Source: Eledone cirrhosa
Lineage: Eukaryota
NCBI GenBank assembly: GCA_964016885.1
Contig: OZ024743.1
Span: forward strand, 56,544,001 to 56,608,000
Reading direction: 5' to 3'
DNA length: 64,000 nucleotides
The translations under genes and the position numbers were made by a program. The notes under the pieces were generated by a model. It did not search any database. It was not told where the DNA came from and saw only the letters and a list, made by a program, of their open reading frames with translations. Positions 61,860 to 64,000 of the stretch are shown here, piece after piece (positions within the stretch are counted from its first letter, which is position 1; the number at the start of each line of letters is the position of its first letter).

Positions 61860-62651
61860 ATTTTCCGTAGTGTTGTAATATAAATATTACACACAGTAGA
61901 TGGACAGCTCACGTAGAGTTTGCTCGACGGTTCCAGTTGTAGTTCCAAAAGTAATCCGGAGAAAAATAGAAGGATTTAAATGGATACAGTTTAGTTAAAA
62001 GGAATTTATTGACACGTGTTTCAATAACAGTTACATAACCTGAAAACAGCTGCTATCTACAAAGTATTAGTTATGCAGACATTCAATATTTCAATGTTAT
62101 TATCAACTGTCATTTCATCAGAATAATTTTACTGAGGACCTGTTTGGTTTTTATAGAGAATATTAGGAGGGAGGGGTGAAGTTGTTAGAAGAATCGTTGA
62201 GGGAGTGGTTTTTTGATAGCAGTGAGAATTTTTGGTGGCAGTGAGTAATTAGATTCCCATCTGTTCTTTTGACATTTTTATAGAATATATTATTGGTTAT
62301 TTTTCTAAATCTATAGAAGGATTAGAGATAGTATAGATATGCATGGTTGGTTTTGTGTTTGCACTTAATTAACATTCAGACTTAAATTTTTCTTTCAAGT
62401 GTACGTATCCTTTCGCCCACGCATTCACACACAAACATATATGCACACCTCTACAAAATACATATACTCACATACACATACTTACATGCTCATACTTACA
62501 TACATATACACATGCACACATATATATATACATATATATACACATATATACATGTACATACATACGCATCCATGTGTATACATTTTCATACTCAACTTAT
62601 CTTTATATACACACGTATAGACACACACATATATACATACATACTCCAGTC

Positions 62652-62710
<59 letters not shown>

Positions 62711-64000
62711 ACTTTAATAGATGAATACACTTACATCCAACTATATACATCAAACATATATATATATATTTACTTATTTATATACATTTTCACATATATA
62801 TACATACATATGGTCGCTTTTAGACACATTCATTATAGCATATTTGCACCTATTCTCATCAGCATATCTTTCCATTATTAGTGTGGTAATTTAAGGTTAT
62901 TAATATACATATATATGTTGAGAAGAGATTGTTTTTATATTTTTCTAACTAGATTGAGGTTTATATAGTTGGGGGATGTCCCTCTTTTATGTACTATTCA
63001 GCTTGTAGTGGGAAAAAAGGGTTTTAGTTCGGTGACGGCAGAATAATGTTCGTTCAATTCTGTTATTCAGCAATTTCTTCTTGTGTGTGATTATGTAATA
63101 AATCTCAAGATTACACAATTTGCAGAAATTTTGGCTCCTGGAAAAGCTTTGGGTTTTAGCTAATTTCTCCCATTTTAGGGTAAACTTTTGATCGCTATTC
63201 CTGAGCGTCCAAGCTTTTTCTGCTAAAGTTGTTACATTTCTTTGGCTCTGGTGTTTTATTGAGCAAGAATGCCTATATAATCGAGATTTAAACGATGTTG
63301 CCGTTGATCCCACGTAATACCACTCGTTGCCTCCGGATTTAATGGTACACTTATAAATAATATTTTTTTCCAGGCAGTTATTGCCGAGGAGGCAGTTGTC
63401 AGGATAGGTGCAGTTACAGTTGTGTACGTTGGGTTTTCTCTGGAGTAGTATTGCGGACGAACTTAGGTGTGGTTTATTTATGTTCTGTAGTGTATTGTCT
63501 ACTGTTTTTTTTTTTTGTGTTCTTTGTACTTAAGTTTTTAGTGTTTTCGTTTAACCTTCTAGTATTGATCTTTTTTATGTGTTGTTCAAGGTTTAACGCT
63601 GTAGAGTATGACAGTCTTATAGTGGTAGGGTTTAGGATTTTGTGGTATTTGTGTGATGTAGGAAAATGTCTCTTAATTATTTTAAAGAAGAGTACTGGTA
63701 AATTTGTACTAATGGAACTATTGTATTCAGGGTTATACCATAAGTACTCTTTGCATCGCTTTCTATTAGTTTTGTTTCCACGAACCAAAGTATCGTCTTC
63801 CTGTCTTCCTCCGGTTGCAACGTTTTTTAAAATATTTACTTCTGCGTTCACAGATTGACTTCGTTAGTTTCAGAAGATCCCGTTTAGGGTGAAAGCAGCG
63901 ATTCTTTGCTTAAACTTTAATCTGTTATTTTAATAAATATTTGCTCTACGGTTCTTATATATTTGATATATATTTTCCTTATCGAGCCCTCTTTGGATTT
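61860..64000 (-). mobile_element. Penelope-like element (GIY-YIG; resembles the Hydra group), frameshifted, running off the window
   Basis: LWYNPEY..STN...HKYHKILNPTTIRLSYS, CNC..C..C..IIYKC, YVGST..FKSRLY.H, KW, CKLC, LLN.R...CRH. Confidence 0.88.
62006..62126 (-). ncRNA. Hammerhead ribozyme with a 10-bp stem II and 72-nt insert
   Basis: ttatt CTGATGA aatgacagtt..72 nt..aactgttatt GAAAC acgt GTC aataa. Confidence 0.72.

Noticed and set aside
62020-62120. SECIS-like AUGA..AA..GA pattern (some PLEs encode selenoproteins)
   Set aside because: It is the hammerhead tandem G-A core; the loop is too long for a SECIS, and I saw no in-frame TGA at Cys positions in the PLE ORFs

Overview
AT-rich, repeat-dominated animal genomic DNA. 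The SINE families, long (TA)n/(CA)n/(GA)n tracts and the C2H2 gene suggest a coleoid cephalopod such as Octopus, but this is inference. The only host gene I can support is a C2H2 zinc-finger CDS (27485-28591). The rest is largely decayed mobile DNA: CR1/Jockey-type, RTE, L1/Tx1 and CRE-type LINE fragments, about 20 copies of one tRNA-headed SINE, hAT, Chapaev3-like, pogo-type and piggyBac-type DNA elements with readable TIRs/TSDs, Helitron termini, and two Penelope-like elements (PLEs) with GIY-YIG domains. The most notable unexplained signal is a swarm of hammerhead-ribozyme (HHR) motifs: about 10 complete or near-complete cores and several halves. Several carry unusually long stem-II inserts (about 35-72 nt), and most sit in (TA)n-embedded PLE tails, non-coding fold-back units or palindromes. 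Also notable are a 41-bp minisatellite with 13 perfect CRE (TGACGTCA) sites, 3'-tail similarity between the main SINE and the L1/Tx1 LINE, a modular telomere-repeat fold-back family, and an orphan GC-rich island. All RNA structures were read by eye. None was folded or tested, and the boundaries of decayed elements are approximate.
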